64,000 nt of DNA from Epiperipatus broadwayi (taxonomy: Eukaryota > Animalia > Onychophora): the NCBI GenBank assembly GCA_028023455.1, contig JAQFVV010000003.1, positions 3,224,001-3,288,000 on the forward strand, read 5' to 3'. Positions 23,364 to 37,517 of the stretch are shown here, piece after piece. The stretch's first letter is position 1. The number at the start of each line of letters is the position of its first letter. The notes beneath the pieces are model-generated. The model made no database searches and was not told the origin of the DNA. It saw nothing but the letters and a program-made list of their open reading frames with translations. A program made the position numbers and the translations under genes.

Positions 23364-23651
23364 TATGTTTAAGTATTGTTCGTGGTTGTGTGTTAGTTAT
23401 TTGGGTAGCTATTTGTGGTTGATCTTGGGCATCTTGATAATTTAGTTCTAAATCCTCATCTGATGTGCTGCTTGTGTCATCTAGCTGTGAGTATCTAGAA
23501 TTGTCATATTGTTCTGTTTTGACTTTTTTGACCCTTTTGTTTTTTTTTTGGTGGTCTTCCAGGTGGTCTTCTTTTCTGCTCTTGATTAGTTGGTGTACTT
23601 AATGATGAATTTGTGCTGAGATCTTCCATTATTTCTTGAGATGTATTATTT
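23338..23651 (-). CDS. LINE ORF1, C-terminal part
   Basis: Low-complexity acidic/basic tail (NNTSQEIMEDLS...RRPPGRPPKKK) directly upstream of ORF2. It contains a frameshift at a T run near 23545. Confidence 0.55.
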
Positions 23652-24029
23652 CTGATTGCAAGTTTTGTTAGCAAAATTAAACGATAATATTGACCCAGAA
23701 AACATACCCACTCAAATAATAGATCAAGATGCAGTATTAACTCTTTATATAAGGGGACTAAGACCACAATGTTTTGCATGCAAGGATCGAGGACACTTAG
23801 CAATCAACTGTAATGCAAAACAGGCTAACAAAAATAATAATAATGAAATTCAACTTGAAGAAACAAAAACATCAAACCAACTAGATAAAACTACAAATAA
23901 ACTTGAAATAACTAATAAAAATGATACTAATGAAAATTATAATAGCACCGATATGCTTTTAGACATATCAATTAAAAAAAATAAAAGCAAAAATCAAATA
24001 CCAGATAAACAAGTGACAACAAATAATAC
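23652..24029 (+). CDS. Inverted segment of LINE ORF1 with a CCHC zinc knuckle
   Basis: CFACKDRGHLAINC lies in ORF 23656-. It ends at ...VTTNNT, which joins in frame with NNTSQEIM on the opposite strand. Confidence 0.7.
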
Positions 24030-24038
24030 GTGTATAAA

Positions 24039-24320
<282 letters not shown>

Positions 24321-24390
24321 TATAATATTTTATATGGTTATTAAATATTAAATATAGGATAGATTATTAATAAGATTAAGTGTGGGAACA

Positions 24391-24391
<1 letters not shown>

Positions 24392-24422
<31 letters not shown>

Positions 24423-24505
24423 GTAGTAGTAGTAGTAGTAGTAATAGTAGTACTAATATTATTAATGCTGCTACTGCTACTACTACTACTACTATTATTA
24501 TTATT
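24392..24505. repeat. Compound trinucleotide microsatellite (ATT/AGT/CTA)
   Basis: Read directly. Confidence 0.9.
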
Positions 24506-25051
24506 TAGAGGGGTAGTTAAGTATGACGCAAAATCCCTCATCATGTTTAGCTACAGGATTTTACAATTAATTTGCTGACTTTATTTTATAGAACCTGAGA
24601 TTATATTTTAATAACAGAAATTAGATTTATTTAACATTACATTAAATTAGTGAATGTATTTCAAAGTCGTAAGAGTAATATAGATTTGTGTAATTGTATG
24701 AATTTAGGGGGATAGTGTTCCTATGCCATTGAGGGTATGTCTTTAAGGAGATATTCTCAATGTTTACCAACTGTTATATCTTTGCTAAATGTCTCATGAT
24801 TATTGTTTATTATTTATTCAATTGAACCATATATTGATAATTATTGAATTTGAGCTAGTCTAATAATAGAAAGTTATATTAAGATATTATTAGTACTTAT
24901 TTTTTTATTTTATTAAGTGAGAGCGAGCCGGAGGATTATCATGAAATATTATTTTCTTAAGTATCAGTTAGCAAGGGTACAATATATATATACAGTGAGA
25001 AATATTGATTACTATATTTATTGTGAATGTTTAGGTGGTTACTGGTTGGTA

Positions 25052-25055
<4 letters not shown>

Positions 25056-25141
<86 letters not shown>
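25056..25141. repeat. (TA)n microsatellite
   Basis: Read directly. Confidence 0.98.
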
Positions 25142-25144
<3 letters not shown>

Positions 25145-26739
25145 AACCTAACCAGCCAACCAATCCACCAACTATTATGTATGGTAGATAAAAACAAAAA
25201 GACTTTTAGCTCAGTCTTATCAAATTTCTTTTTTATATATAAAAATTCTAATAATATGTTTTACTCATTTCATGTCTAATGTATTATTATATCAATATTA
25301 ATAAATTGTTAACAATAAAATAACAATAATTATAAGATTTGTTATCTAATCATCCAGTAAGGTACTTCTTTTTAACAGTGAGTATATACCAAAAGCATAC
25401 CCTAATCAATTCCTCACTTTAAATAACCTTTTTTATAAATTGACTAAAAAAATATTAAAGATTATTAAGTAACATTTATCACTATTAATTACCACAATCA
25501 ATTTTAAAATAATTTATTATTACAATATATTATAATTCAATTATATTATATTTTGGTGCTGATTTAGTATGCATTCACATGCATTTTGAATTATAATTCA
25601 AAATGGCCATGGGTGCATACTAAATTAGCACCTCTATTTTATAGGGCATGCTAATCATTCACTCTTCATTATGATCATTAAAAATGATGTAGAAAATTTA
25701 AATTAATATTTTAAATATAATATCAAATGTTTTGAACAATCATTATATTTTTCCTTATTTATTATCTTGTCTCAAATTATATGTAACAATACCAAATACC
25801 TTTAATCATTATAATGTATGTGTGACAAAGATAATGCGCAATGACTTGAGAACAATAAATGAGATTCTCAGAACTTTATTAATTTAAAAATGAACATTAA
25901 CATTTATTATAGTAAGATTATACTTAATTTAAAAATAATTTACATATTTCTTATATTTAATAAACAATATTTAACAAAACTTTATAAACTTATATTAACT
26001 ATAATTATAATAAACTAAAATAATTCATACTTCACTGCAAAATTATTTACAAATAGGATTCAATATATTCCAATATTTTACCCCATTATCATTCAGATAT
26101 ATTTTGTTATTAACTATGTATGTCACCAATGGTCTTTTTTGTTATCATTCAGATACTTCTTACTATCTTACATTAAAATATACCTACAAAAAATATACAA
26201 TATGTATTTTTATCAAGTTGCAAATATTTCATAAATGTATTCTTTTACATTATAATTTCTTCACCTTTAACTTTCATATAATAGTATTGTCTAATTATAA
26301 TCCTATAACTAATTTTATTCCTTCAGTGTTTTATTATTTTGTTATAAAATAAATATTTAATTATTTTAAATGTTTATTAAGATATGGTACTTTATTCTAC
26401 TACATACAATAATAAGAATAAAATATCTGATTTTTTTTTCAATATTATATCTTTTATCCCTTATTCTTTCATTTTGTATTTTCATCTCATATATTCAATA
26501 AAACATCCATAAAATATTTGTTCTTATATTCTTTAAGATTCTATTTGTTTTGCGTTTCATCATTCTTGCAATAAATGAATATATCTTATCACCATTTGAA
26601 TGTTTAGCTATTACTATTTACTTATATCATCAATTCCCTTATATGATGCTTATACTGCACTTTTTTAGGATAACAAGTGTGGGGTGGATAACTTATAAAA
26701 TTATGAATTAAAATAAAAATGTTTAAAGGAGAGACCCAT

Positions 26740-29700
26740 TTAAATACTTAGAAAGCTTGGAGGAGTGTTTTTATATGTATAAGGCAGAAGAAAAAGCAAA
26801 AATAATTATAGTAAGTAATCATTTAGAGGGGACAGCAAGAAATTGGTTGAGAACTATACAGAAAAAGCCAGACAATTTCAAACAGTACATTAAAACATTA
26901 ATGCATACATTTTGGAGCATAGAAAGGCAAGAAAAGATGCAAAGAAATATAGAAATGGAAAGGTATACAAAAAAGAGGGGATAGAATATAGACAGTTTTT
27001 TTTTTAAACAAATGGTGAAGTTTAGGAGTGTGATAGAATATCCTATTCTGGGATGCCAGATTATACTTATCATAAAGAAAAATATAAGAGATTAGCAACA
27101 TATATGTTTGAAGGATTGGAAGACATAGTGGAAGCTCTTAGAAATAAAGAAAGCACTCAGAAAAAAGGAACAAGAAAAATGACCTAAACTGTTAAATGTA
27201 GTCATTGAAGCAGAAGAAAAGATTCAGACAATGGCTGAACAAACCTGTCTAGTGATCTCAGTAAAAGTACAGGATATGGTGATACAAGCTTTGCTAGACC
27301 CAGAGAATCAGGTCTCCATAATCTCAAACAAAATGTTAGACAAAATTAAAGTCAGACAGAAATAATGCAGCTGTTGCTATTAAGAAAATCAAATAATTAT
27401 GGCTAATGGTAAAAGATTCAAGTTGGACCCTATGCAAGTATATGGAGAAATATAGGTGGGAAAGAAAAAGATACAACATACATTATTATCAATGTCTGGA
27501 TTAATAGAGGACCTGATACTGGGGTCCAATTTTATGCATCAAACCAGGACAAAAATCAATTATAGTGAGAAGGTAATAGTAATAGAAAATTAAAAAACCC
27601 TAATTAGTGATTGTAGTAGACAGAATGATAATAAGGTATATATATGGTAACTGATGATATATATAAAGAAATAGAACATAAAGTAAGCAAGTTAGGAAGG
27701 AATAATAGTAGCTGGGAAAGTCAACTTAAAGAAATATTACTGCAACATGAACAAATATTTGCCACAAAACCTGGGATTATAAAGGACTATGGGAATATAA
27801 AGGGCTATGTTCACCATATAAAGGTAAAAGCCAAAACTCATTTTCACGATAGGTTGTATCCAGTCCAGTCAAATACAAAACAAAATAGATAAACAAATAT
27901 TACAGATGGAATTATGGGATGTCATAAAAACAAGTCTCCATTCATAAACCCTTTGATCACTGTAAAAAAGATGGCTCTATGAGAGTATGCTTAAATGTGC
28001 ATCAGTTAAACACAATTACTATGTCTAACTGGGATATGCCATTGAATATAACAGATTTGCCATTGAAATTTAGGGAAAATATTTTTCATTGTTTGATTTG
28101 ACATCAAGATATTGACAAATTCCACTTCACATGGAGTACCACATTTCGCTATTAAAGATATACATGCATGTTCTCATGGGTCCTGTTTAGACTTGTTAAT
28201 AATGGTTTGGGCTATTACAATGTTTGGATCAGGCACTATCTAAGAGGGTAAAAGAATTTATCATATACTATATGGATGACATTGTGATAGTATCACAGTC
28301 TTCTCAGAAAAATTTGGAAAACTTGGTCATGTTCTTTCAGGAGTGTCAACAGAAAAATATCATGATAAATCTAAAAAAAGCAGTATACTACAAGAAGATA
28401 TTCTACTGGGTCATCTCATTTGTGTCAAGGTGTGAGACATTCTAACAAGAACAAGGCTATCGTTATCTGAAGAATAAAAGGTCATTCTTAAGTATATGCA
28501 ATTTTTATCAAGGATTATACAAGAATTTTTCCATCGACACTGAAGCACTTGTTCGACTGCTGAGAAAAGAAAGTCAGTGTGAATGGATGGAAAAACAATG
28601 TAAGGCATTTAATCAAATTAAAGAAAATTTTGTAAGAACTGTTATACTAGCTTACCCAGATTTTAGCAAACCCTTTATGTTACAAATGGATAGTAGTAAA
28701 GTAGGGTTGGGGTGATGTTATTTCAGAAGAATGAAAATACCTCGAGTCCTGTATTTTTTTTTAAGTAGGATCTTAAACTCAGCAGAAAGAAACTATACCA
28801 TGACTGGAAGAGAAATCTTGGCCATTGTATAGGCATTAAATAAACCTAAGAATTTACTCCTACAGTCCAAGATTATTATAATTACTGATCATAAGAATTC
28901 AGAGTTCATAAACAAGTACTATTTAACTAATGATAATCTTATAAGATGGGCTCTATATTTACAGAAATTCAACTATCTGCTTATCCACTGCCCTAGGAGT
29001 GATAATGTAGTGCCTGACATATTGAGAAGGAACCCAATTTCAGTCAGAGATCAAAAATTAACATTAGAAGGAGCTCATTTAACCATTATTATAACAGATC
29101 CAAAAATAGATGGGGAAAGAGATATGAAAAAACTGAAGTTCTTATAAACAATTGATACCACCTGTACAAATTTGAAACAATGATGTAGTTATACAAACCC
29201 TGGACAGCTTTGGAATCTATACTCAATAGAGAAATAAACTGCATCAATATAAAATAACCAATGGTTTGTTGACATTTCAGGTTAAGAAATGAATAGATAG
29301 TTGCAGGATAATTATACCCCAAAATTTAAAAGAGTGGCTAATAAATTATATGCACTGGACATATGGGCAGTACAGCTCACTTAAAATAAATAAGCTCTTA
29401 CTGAAGTGATATTATCAGCCAAACCTATACAGATCTATTGTTGTTAATTTGAAGAGTTGTCATGAATGTTGTCAAAATAAACCATCTAATAAAAATTATG
29501 CTGGGACAGTGAAACCCATAGTATATAAAACCCGAATGAGTTATTGGCCATTGAATTTTATGGTCCTTACCTTCATTTTTCCAATAAGGATATATATTAG
29601 TGACCTCTAATATCTTTTTGAAATTAGTGCAAGCTTACTTGTTGCATAGAGCTGACAAAAAAAGTTTCATTTCTGCACTAAAAAAGAAGTAGGTTATCCA

Positions 29701-30290
29701 AGTCAGGAGACCTCAGGCAATTTTGAGTGCTCATGGAACTCTTTTTGTATCAAGAGAATGAAAAATTGGGTTACAGCAGGAAATGATACACCATATTCTA
29801 ACCTATATTCAGAACCCCCAGTCTAACCCATGTGAAAGAATTATGAAATAGTTGGGGGGGGGGTATTTCATGCATATTCAAAAGGAAACCATAAGCAATG
29901 GTTTAAGGTATTTCTTCAAATAATAAAAATCATCAATTGTATTGGGCTCACTCCTGAACGATTGCATTATGGCCAGATCGAGTCTTCAGTCTTCCAGTGT
30001 TGCATTGCCACTGAAAATGAAATGGTAAATAAAGCAAAGGATTGAAGTTTTGCTAGAAACTGATTAAAGAAAAAAGCTGAACAGAGGGCATATCCATCCA
30101 GTACATTTTGGAATAGGAGATTGGGCTTATGTCAAAACCCAGTCAATTAGCAAACTGAGTGATAACCAATATATTTTTTTCCTTTGTTTGAAGGTCCATA
30201 CAGAGGGGAGGTAAAAGGGGGATGTACAATGCATGGAGCCTAAAAGAGAACAGGGAGAAGACCACACAAGATATAGTTAAAGTTGTTGTT
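26740..30290 (+). pseudogene. Degraded Ty3/Gypsy LTR retrotransposon internal region (gag-PR-RT-RH-IN)
   Basis: Gag HLEGTARNWL...TFWS; protease ALLD (about 27290) and DLILG; RT YYMDDIV (about 28270); RNase H YPDFSKPF and AERNY..TGREILAIV; integrase LLAIEFYGP (about 29550). Domain order is Gypsy-type, with many stops. Confidence 0.9.
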
Positions 30291-33200
30291 TTTTAACTTT
30301 TTTTTTCGAGAGGGTACAATGAGATGGTATTTTCTGCCATCTCATATATATATATATTGTGACCTTCTGAATGGGCACAAGTAAATAAATTGTGTTGGAT
30401 CAGTAGTGAATAACTGCATTGTATTAAAAAAAATGAAATAGCCTTAAAATTTTTAAAATTTTTCTATTAATGGTTCAAAAACTTATATGTGAGATAACTA
30501 TGCATTTCAGTTGGAAAATTTTTCAATCATTTATTGTTATTCTTATGTTTGATAGTGTTTAATACATGGAAGGGGGATGGATTATTACAGAAAGTGTTAT
30601 GGTAGTAGTTAGATTGAGGCAAAGTTGTTTTATTTATTTATAAGATAGTGTTGGTGTTTGTTGAATGGTTTTCTGATTTATTATTCATTGACACCCATCC
30701 CTTTTTACTAATATTATAGCCAGGTTTAACCCATAGACATATTAGCTATGTTTTAGTTAGAATAATTTAATATTCACATAGCAGCATATATGTGTGTGAA
30801 TGTTGTCATTATCTCATTTTCATTTCATATTCTAATTGCAATAAACCATATTACACTTATAATAAAACATTTAAATTACAGTAATTATCTTTAATAATTT
30901 TGCAAAAATATATTTTCTTTAATGATTAATGGATATTTGAATTAGTAAATTATTTGACCAATTTAAATAAACCATTTTATTTAATAGTTGATTGATATTC
31001 ATTTGTTTCAAAGTTATAAAAAAGTTCTTTTTTTTTTGTTATTTGATTTGACTTAATTGTGAAAGTCAAGTTGATTTTTTTGTTTAGAAAAGATTTTTTG
31101 AATATTAATTAATTGATTAAGTGTAAAAAAACCGTGGGAGTTAAGCTTTGGATGATCAGGTGACCTTTTTGATTGGTGAAGGAGATTTTTTTTTAAATTG
31201 ATAGTTAATAATAATAAGAAAGAAAAAAAACATTATCTTTTGTAATTTCAACAAGTGTACTTTTCATTTTCTGCTGCTATCGATTATATCTCTCTTCCAA
31301 AACAGTTTAAAGTAAAACTCTAAAACAGCCTTTTCATGAGGCTCATTGTTGGAACTTCAGATGTTTAAGCTTTATAAGAGAATGGCTGAATAAAAATATA
31401 AAGGTATCGGTCTTGCCTCTTTGGTGTAATTAAAACATTTAAATTAACACTTTCATTTTGATTAAAGATGTGCTTTTATAATATTAGGCTTATGTTATTT
31501 CATTTACTTTTATTTATCTCCATTAAAAAAATACTAAAATGTATGAACTTTATAATTTTTTAAATACCATGTGTAATGTCTATAATGTTTCTTCATCATG
31601 GAAGTATATGCAGACTTTTTTAATAAAATTTACTGTAATAAGCGACTCATATTTTACATATACAAATGTGAAGTTAAAATTTAAAAGGATATGTGTACTT
31701 GATTATGTGTTTGATATTTAATAATTATTGCGGAATGCTAACTTTATATCTAATTTTATGCTTATACAATAATATGTGTTTTATTAAAGAAACATAGATA
31801 TGACTTACCAGAATAATTAATTACTACTACTTACCAAATATAGGTGTCTAAATCGAATAGAAGGACTTTAATATTACATATTTTTGTTCTCTTCGATATA
31901 CGGATATATGTGTTAATGTTTAAGGAAATACAAATTGCATGTGAACAATTATCAGCAACTTATTAAAGTTAATAATACAAATACCAATCTATAAATTATG
32001 AAAGTGAATTTTTTTGCAGAAAAATGTTAAGTTATCATTGAATTAAATACCTTGGATGTGCTTAAAAATGAATAACAGAATATACCAATTAATAGCTGAA
32101 ACTATCTTTCCACGTACTTATTATTACAAATATTTATCATTATGTGTGATATATAAGTAAACTCAATTAGCTTATGGCTAAAGGATATTGGAGGTTTACT
32201 AAATTAATTATGAATTATAACTGTTTTGTCCTACAATAACTTATTTTCTGTTTCATATTCATATTTAAACATGCACTCATTTTGGGATTCATCTCCGGAT
32301 CATTTAGTAAGCTTAAAAAGGAACTTTGCAAGTGAATATTTTTTTTCAAGTTTAAAAGAAGAATGACTCTATTTTTTTATTATTTATTGTTAATAGTATA
32401 TACATCATAGATAGTTAGACAGATTTAGTGTTGTATGTATTTAATATTATATGTTTGTTTATTTAATTTGTGAACTTTGAGAACTTCTCAGGATAGCATA
32501 TCCACAAAATGATGAATATGCTGGTAAAATCTTATTGTTTAAGTGTGATTTGTTTTCTTTTATTTGAAAGTGAAACATATATATTTTGGGTATATTATTA
32601 AAGATGGTTCAATCTTATATGTCTTTCTTTATCTCAAAGTGAGAATTAATTTCAAGAGTAGCTAGAGAATAAAAAAGAAAGAATATTGTGTTAGAGGTAA
32701 TAAAACTTAATTTATTAGATTATTGCTATTTAAAGTATAAAAAAACTCATTCATAATAATTAATATTATTTAAATTTGAAACAACCGAATGTCTTATTTA
32801 CTAAAATTTTATATTTTAATATGTTATTTATCTATCGTAACTTTCGCATATTATAGAACTTAGAATTGTTTTTCATACTCTTATTTATGCGTTTGTGTGT
32901 CTACTTTGTGCAATTATTATACTTACTTAATAAACTATTTCTCAATATAAATTTTGGATGTTGTCATATTCTAAAGAATTGAAGGAATGAGTGTTTTATC
33001 TGTGTGTATTCATCTGACAGTGTATAATGCTAGATATATAAAAGAGCTGTGGAAAAGGAAATTATTTTTGATATGCTCTATGTTTGTAGGGATGAAAGAT
33101 TTTTCCCCTTAGTATATTATTAAGTATTTTGCCATGAGTAGAGCTTATTTTAGATTGTATATGTATGTATCATGAAATGATATTTATGAAGTCAAGTGAC

Positions 33201-36200
33201 ATTTTCCCATTGTTTGTTTGGTGATGAGAAAAATTCCACCAATAGTGTATTTCAAATTTAAATAAGTTATTGTTGATGTATTAGACTTAAAGAGTTTATT
33301 CGCTCCTCATGTGCTGGGATTCCTCTTGAACGTCTAGTTTGTATTCTCATAAAAATATAGCTCTGTGTAATTCAGTCAGTGGTCAGATAAATAGTTAATT
33401 TAAGTTCTTTATTGAATATTAGAATGGATATAGTGTTCTATTTTTTTGGTTGGTCTATGACATTGTCCGAAATTAAATAATTATTTAATAATTTTTGAAT
33501 AAATTGATAATGTGTAGAAAAGATTGTTCTCTTGGATGATTGCATGGGATGTAACACACAAGCATAATTTAAATAATATCGCGCATATAAAATATAATAT
33601 TCTTAAACTTAAAATAGGAAATAAATGTTTTGAAACATCTCATATTAATTTGCCACATGTTAGAGATCATCAAAATCATCAGAATGAATATGATTTTATT
33701 GCCATATCTGAAAAGTGTACTTATTTAAAGCGATTGTTTAATTAAGATTATTTAAAGCTGCTCTCTTGATAGCAAAGTGTATATTGTGCCCAATAATATA
33801 ATGTATTATTTATTCCGTGTTGTTTATTGATAAAAAGTATTTAGATAGCTTGGATATTCAAAGTCAGAATATTAAGGTATAATTTGTTTGCTAATTTATG
33901 TTTATAAACATGTCAATAATAAATTATGTAATATGTAATGGGGATAATCCTAAATTTCAATTAATAGATTTATTTGTAAATTTTAAAAATAAGATAAAAG
34001 TTTTATTCTGATATTAATTACATTTAACTAAACCTTAAGTGTAAATAAAAGCTTTGTTTATTATTTAAAAACTGTGTCTCGAGTTGTTCTTATATGCATT
34101 CAAATTCTGGTTTCCACATCTTCATATTTCATACATCTATTACAAAATTAAATATATTATTTTATGGCTTTGATATTAAATATGCTAAGATCTGATAATA
34201 TTGTTTCCTAGATCCAAACATTACATGAAATATTTTACCACGTGATAAACTTATAAAAGTGTGGCCTAGTTAAAGTATTATTTGGATGATGATGTGAGAT
34301 TAAAAGATACCCTATCTCCTTCGTTATCTGATTGCGAGCCCAGTAAACATTATTCAATTTATTTCATTGTATCTTATTATAATTTAGTTTTAAATTACTG
34401 GCTAATATAGTTCTTTAGTCTAACTATGTTATAGATTCCATGAGATCTGATTTTTATATTCCCAGATCAACATTGATTCAGCATTTTAGATTAAGATGTG
34501 CTGAACAATAGAGTTATTTAGTGTTGTGCTTTTCTATTCTGTCAGAGTTATATTGAGCTATTATAGAGTGTAACTGGATGATAGAAGAGATCAAATTGAA
34601 ATTATATTTTGTTAAATGGAATAAATGAAACTCTGCTAGCCTGTATCATTTGGTTAATTAATAAATAAGGTTTATATTTTATTTGATAGCTTATAGTATT
34701 TCTTCCTTCATTTATTTATATTCTCTATATGTTATGAACTTTCTGTAACCTCCCACTGAGTGAAGCTGTAAGATAAACATAAGTAAAAGAGTCTCAGCAT
34801 TAATTATGAATCAGATAAAGTGATAAATCGTTATATTCATTAATAGAACTGGTGCCTAGGGCATTTGCTCATATAATGTACATGAACGGTGATGTGTGAG
34901 TGGGTTATAATATATATATATATATATTGTAACCTTCCCTTTTGGTTCTTCAACACCTCTACACTATCTTCTCTTTTTACCCTAATAATAAACAATTAAA
35001 TACAACAACAATAAAATATAAAACTCTTTATGAAGTTGAAACTTGCAATACATTCAAAACATAAAATAGACTTTAGGGACGATTACAACATAGAGGTTTT
35101 AACATTGAGAAGTATATAAAATAAACTCCACAATGGCATTGCTATTATGAAAATTCTTCGACCAACATCATATTATAATCATTAGGAAAATCCCCACAAC
35201 AAACAAATGACTAACATAATATTTCATGTAATAGTTAATTTACTTTACTAATCCTTTATAAAGCTTATGTTGCACTCAAAATGCACATCAGTGAAGCTAT
35301 TTTTTTCTCAAACAAGATTCTAGCTAAGCACTTTCAGGACTTACATATTCCCAACTACTCTTCTACAATTTAAGAATCTCAAAATAATAACATTCAAACA
35401 AAATGTGCATTAAATTAAAAGAATTAATGCTATCCTATGGTTATCTCAGGGATCATAAGTATTCTATTCTAAAATCCAATGTAACAATTAGATTAATAAT
35501 TAAATAATTGAATTGCAAAAGGGATTTTACTGGGATCCAACCATTTAAATAAAATCACACTTACTATTACAAACTGCAAATAATCTCCTATTTAACATTA
35601 TTTTAACTATAATAATGAAATAAAAATTAATGATCACTATCTACTCATTACCTTCAATTGAAAAATTTAATTTACTTTCCTAAGATTTATTCTCATACTT
35701 ATTGCTAATAACAATCACTATAGAATACTCATTTTATTATAATCAAAGAGCTTTATTATACATTTATTATCTACAAAGTCTAACTCAATTAATTGCATTT
35801 CTTAATTACTTAGCATTCATCCACTGTAATTAGATCTTTCAGAATTACAAACCTTAAAATATATTTGGTCAGTAACTTGTACTATGAAATAATATAATAC
35901 TTCTACATTTATAATATAAAATACATTTCAAAATTAGACTACAAAATCAGAATATGACTCTTAAAACATACAATTAATTTCTATTATATGCTCTCCATTT
36001 TGTAATACTTAACAATACTTTTCAAATAAAATCTTCAAGATTCTTTTATATCTAATAAAAATATGAAGTGCTGCAAACTTCCTTTAATATATCTATAATT
36101 TGAAAAGCAATTTGATAATTAATGTGTCAATTATCTAAATTCTTATATATAACTCTTCAGATAAAGCATGTAATCAATATATGTTATGTATAATTCTATG

Positions 36201-37479
36201 TGGATAATGTGCTTTTTTGATATGATCTTGTGATGGAAATGACTCTCAAATGCAATGAAATTACTACTACAAAATTTAAATCAAAATATTCATTTATTTA
36301 CAATTAATAAATAACAACAAACAGCTATACACATTGGGTTAAATAATTCACTAACAAAATAATCATTGAACAGTTTGTAAATTTACAACATTATGGACAT
36401 CTATCACAGATAGATATAATAATAATTATTATATACATTTAACCCTTCCCATGTTCAATATCTAGTTTTTTTTTAAATCATAAGTTTTTTCCTTTTAACA
36501 TCATGTATGCTTTTATATTTAATATTATATAGTTTTACAATTCATGAGTTATCTGGTGGTATCTTCTTAGTCATCTTTCCTTATTTACCTGGTATTTTGT
36601 AACTCTATATTTTAATAAAATTGTAATATTTAAATTATATTTCATATTCAAAATTGGCATAAAAATATTGCACTAAAATCTTATCAACTAAATTGTTGCT
36701 GCTGTGGTAATGTCACAAAAAAAACACAATATTTATAATGTACTCAAAATGAATAGTGAAATTAAGAACTCTTTCATATAATGTAATTCATTTTATACAT
36801 TCTTCTCTATCTTTCACTTATATTTTCTGTTTATCTTTGATCTCAATTATCCTGATTCATATGATAATTTATTCAAATTATATTCAAATATAAAATATTT
36901 GTTCTGTATATGATCTTATTATTTTTAGGTTAATCTGTCAAAATTTAGAAAGACAAACTATAAAATTCTTAAAATATTTAGTTAATTTTCGATGCCTACT
37001 TTATTTTGATTTACCAGAAAACTTCCTAGATAAGAAACTGATTTAATCCAAAAATACTACATCATAATAGAGGGATAGAGATTTCCTTTATTTATGAGGT
37101 GTCATATTTTGGCAGGCAATCATTTTCCTAATGTTCTTACACCAATTTTACCCTGGCTTATTCAGGAAACACAGTATGTATTGCACTCATGCCTTTGCAG
37201 AAAATCCTTCACCTCTTTCTAATAAACTATCTGGGTATGACAAAGATTAATCTCATTCAACTATTCAATCAGTTCTTGTGCCTTCAGCATCTCTTATTAT
37301 ATTACTTATGGAATAATATAATCTTGCCATTAAATATTTTCTGTCCATATGTGAGATCATGTTACAAAACAAATAGTCTATCTTTTTCATTATAAATATG
37401 AAACTTTTTATATATATACAAATGAGATCAGAATTAATATTCTTTTTCTTTACATTAACATTCACTCTTTTTTTAATAT

Positions 37480-37517
37480 GTGGAAGGCAGATATGCTAAC
37501 CACTAGGCTACCAACAC
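37480..37517 (-). pseudogene. Retroposed 5' half of a tRNA-Gly(TCC)-like sequence
   Basis: Minus strand GTGTTGGTAGCCTAGTGGTTAGCATATCTGCCTTCCAC ends in the anticodon loop and is followed by an A-rich tract. Direct repeat CACTCTTTT at 37463-37471 and 37515-37523. Confidence 0.55.
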
